Of a stretch of DNA of 64,000 nucleotides, positions 63,801 to 64,000 are shown piece by piece. This DNA is from Takakia lepidozioides (taxonomy: Eukaryota; Plantae; Bryophyta), in NCBI GenBank assembly GCA_030704615.1, contig CM060734.1, positions 28,644,001 to 28,708,000 on the forward strand, in the 5' to 3' direction. The translations under genes and the position numbers were made by a program. The notes beneath the pieces were generated by a model. That model was not told where the DNA came from. It ran no database searches and saw only the letters and a list, made by a program, of their open reading frames with translations. Position 1 is the first letter of the stretch. Every line of letters begins with the position of its first letter.

Positions 63801-64000
63801 GGAAGGAGATGAGGAGAAGACCGCGTGCAGGACAAGGTATGGTTCATATGAGTTCTTGGTGATGCCTTTTGGCTCACTAATGCACCGGCGACCTTTAGCA
63901 CGCTGATGAACAACCTTTTTCAGGAGTGGTTGGATGACTTTGTGATCGTGTACATCGACGACATCTTGGTGTACTCGAAAACAAAGGAGGAACACCTGGA
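60896..64000 (+). mobile_element. Ty3/Gypsy copy 3 (runs off the window)
   Basis: LTR 60896-61608, PBS 61611-61622, frameshifted gag/PR/RT of the same family as 9601-16580. Confidence 0.95.

Overview
Eukaryotic, intron-containing, nested-transposon DNA; a green plant, probably a non-seed streptophyte (inference). No ordinary host gene is recognisable. The main finding is a family of large Mutator-like DNA transposons (MULEs). Copy A spans 9190-31433, copy B spans 37235-48388 with a perfect 9-bp target-site duplication (TSD), and copy C is partial from 57492. Copies A and B carry a GCM-like/DDE/SWIM transposase and, head-to-head with it, a spliced gene fusing a ParB/Srx-like domain to a beta-class amino-(N6A/N4C)-DNA-methyltransferase-like domain with a non-canonical DIPD motif. 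In copy C only the methyltransferase part of that gene is visible. Each lineage has its own 20-bp palindrome repeated in non-coding DNA, mostly at spacings close to whole helical turns (33, 53, 63, 74, 85, 95, 106 bp). The window also holds three copies of one chromodomain Ty3/Gypsy family (one full length) and a Gypsy fragment with a C5 cytosine methyltransferase between protease and RT. Smaller pieces include a non-LTR fragment with RNase H plus restriction-like endonuclease, a hAT transposase split by a 1.3-kb non-autonomous MULE, a Tc1/mariner-type MITE, tRNA-derived SINE-like repeats and a rearranged fragment patchwork at 7.4-9.2 kb. All elements carry stops or frameshifts. Domain calls come from reading motifs by eye, not from database searches.
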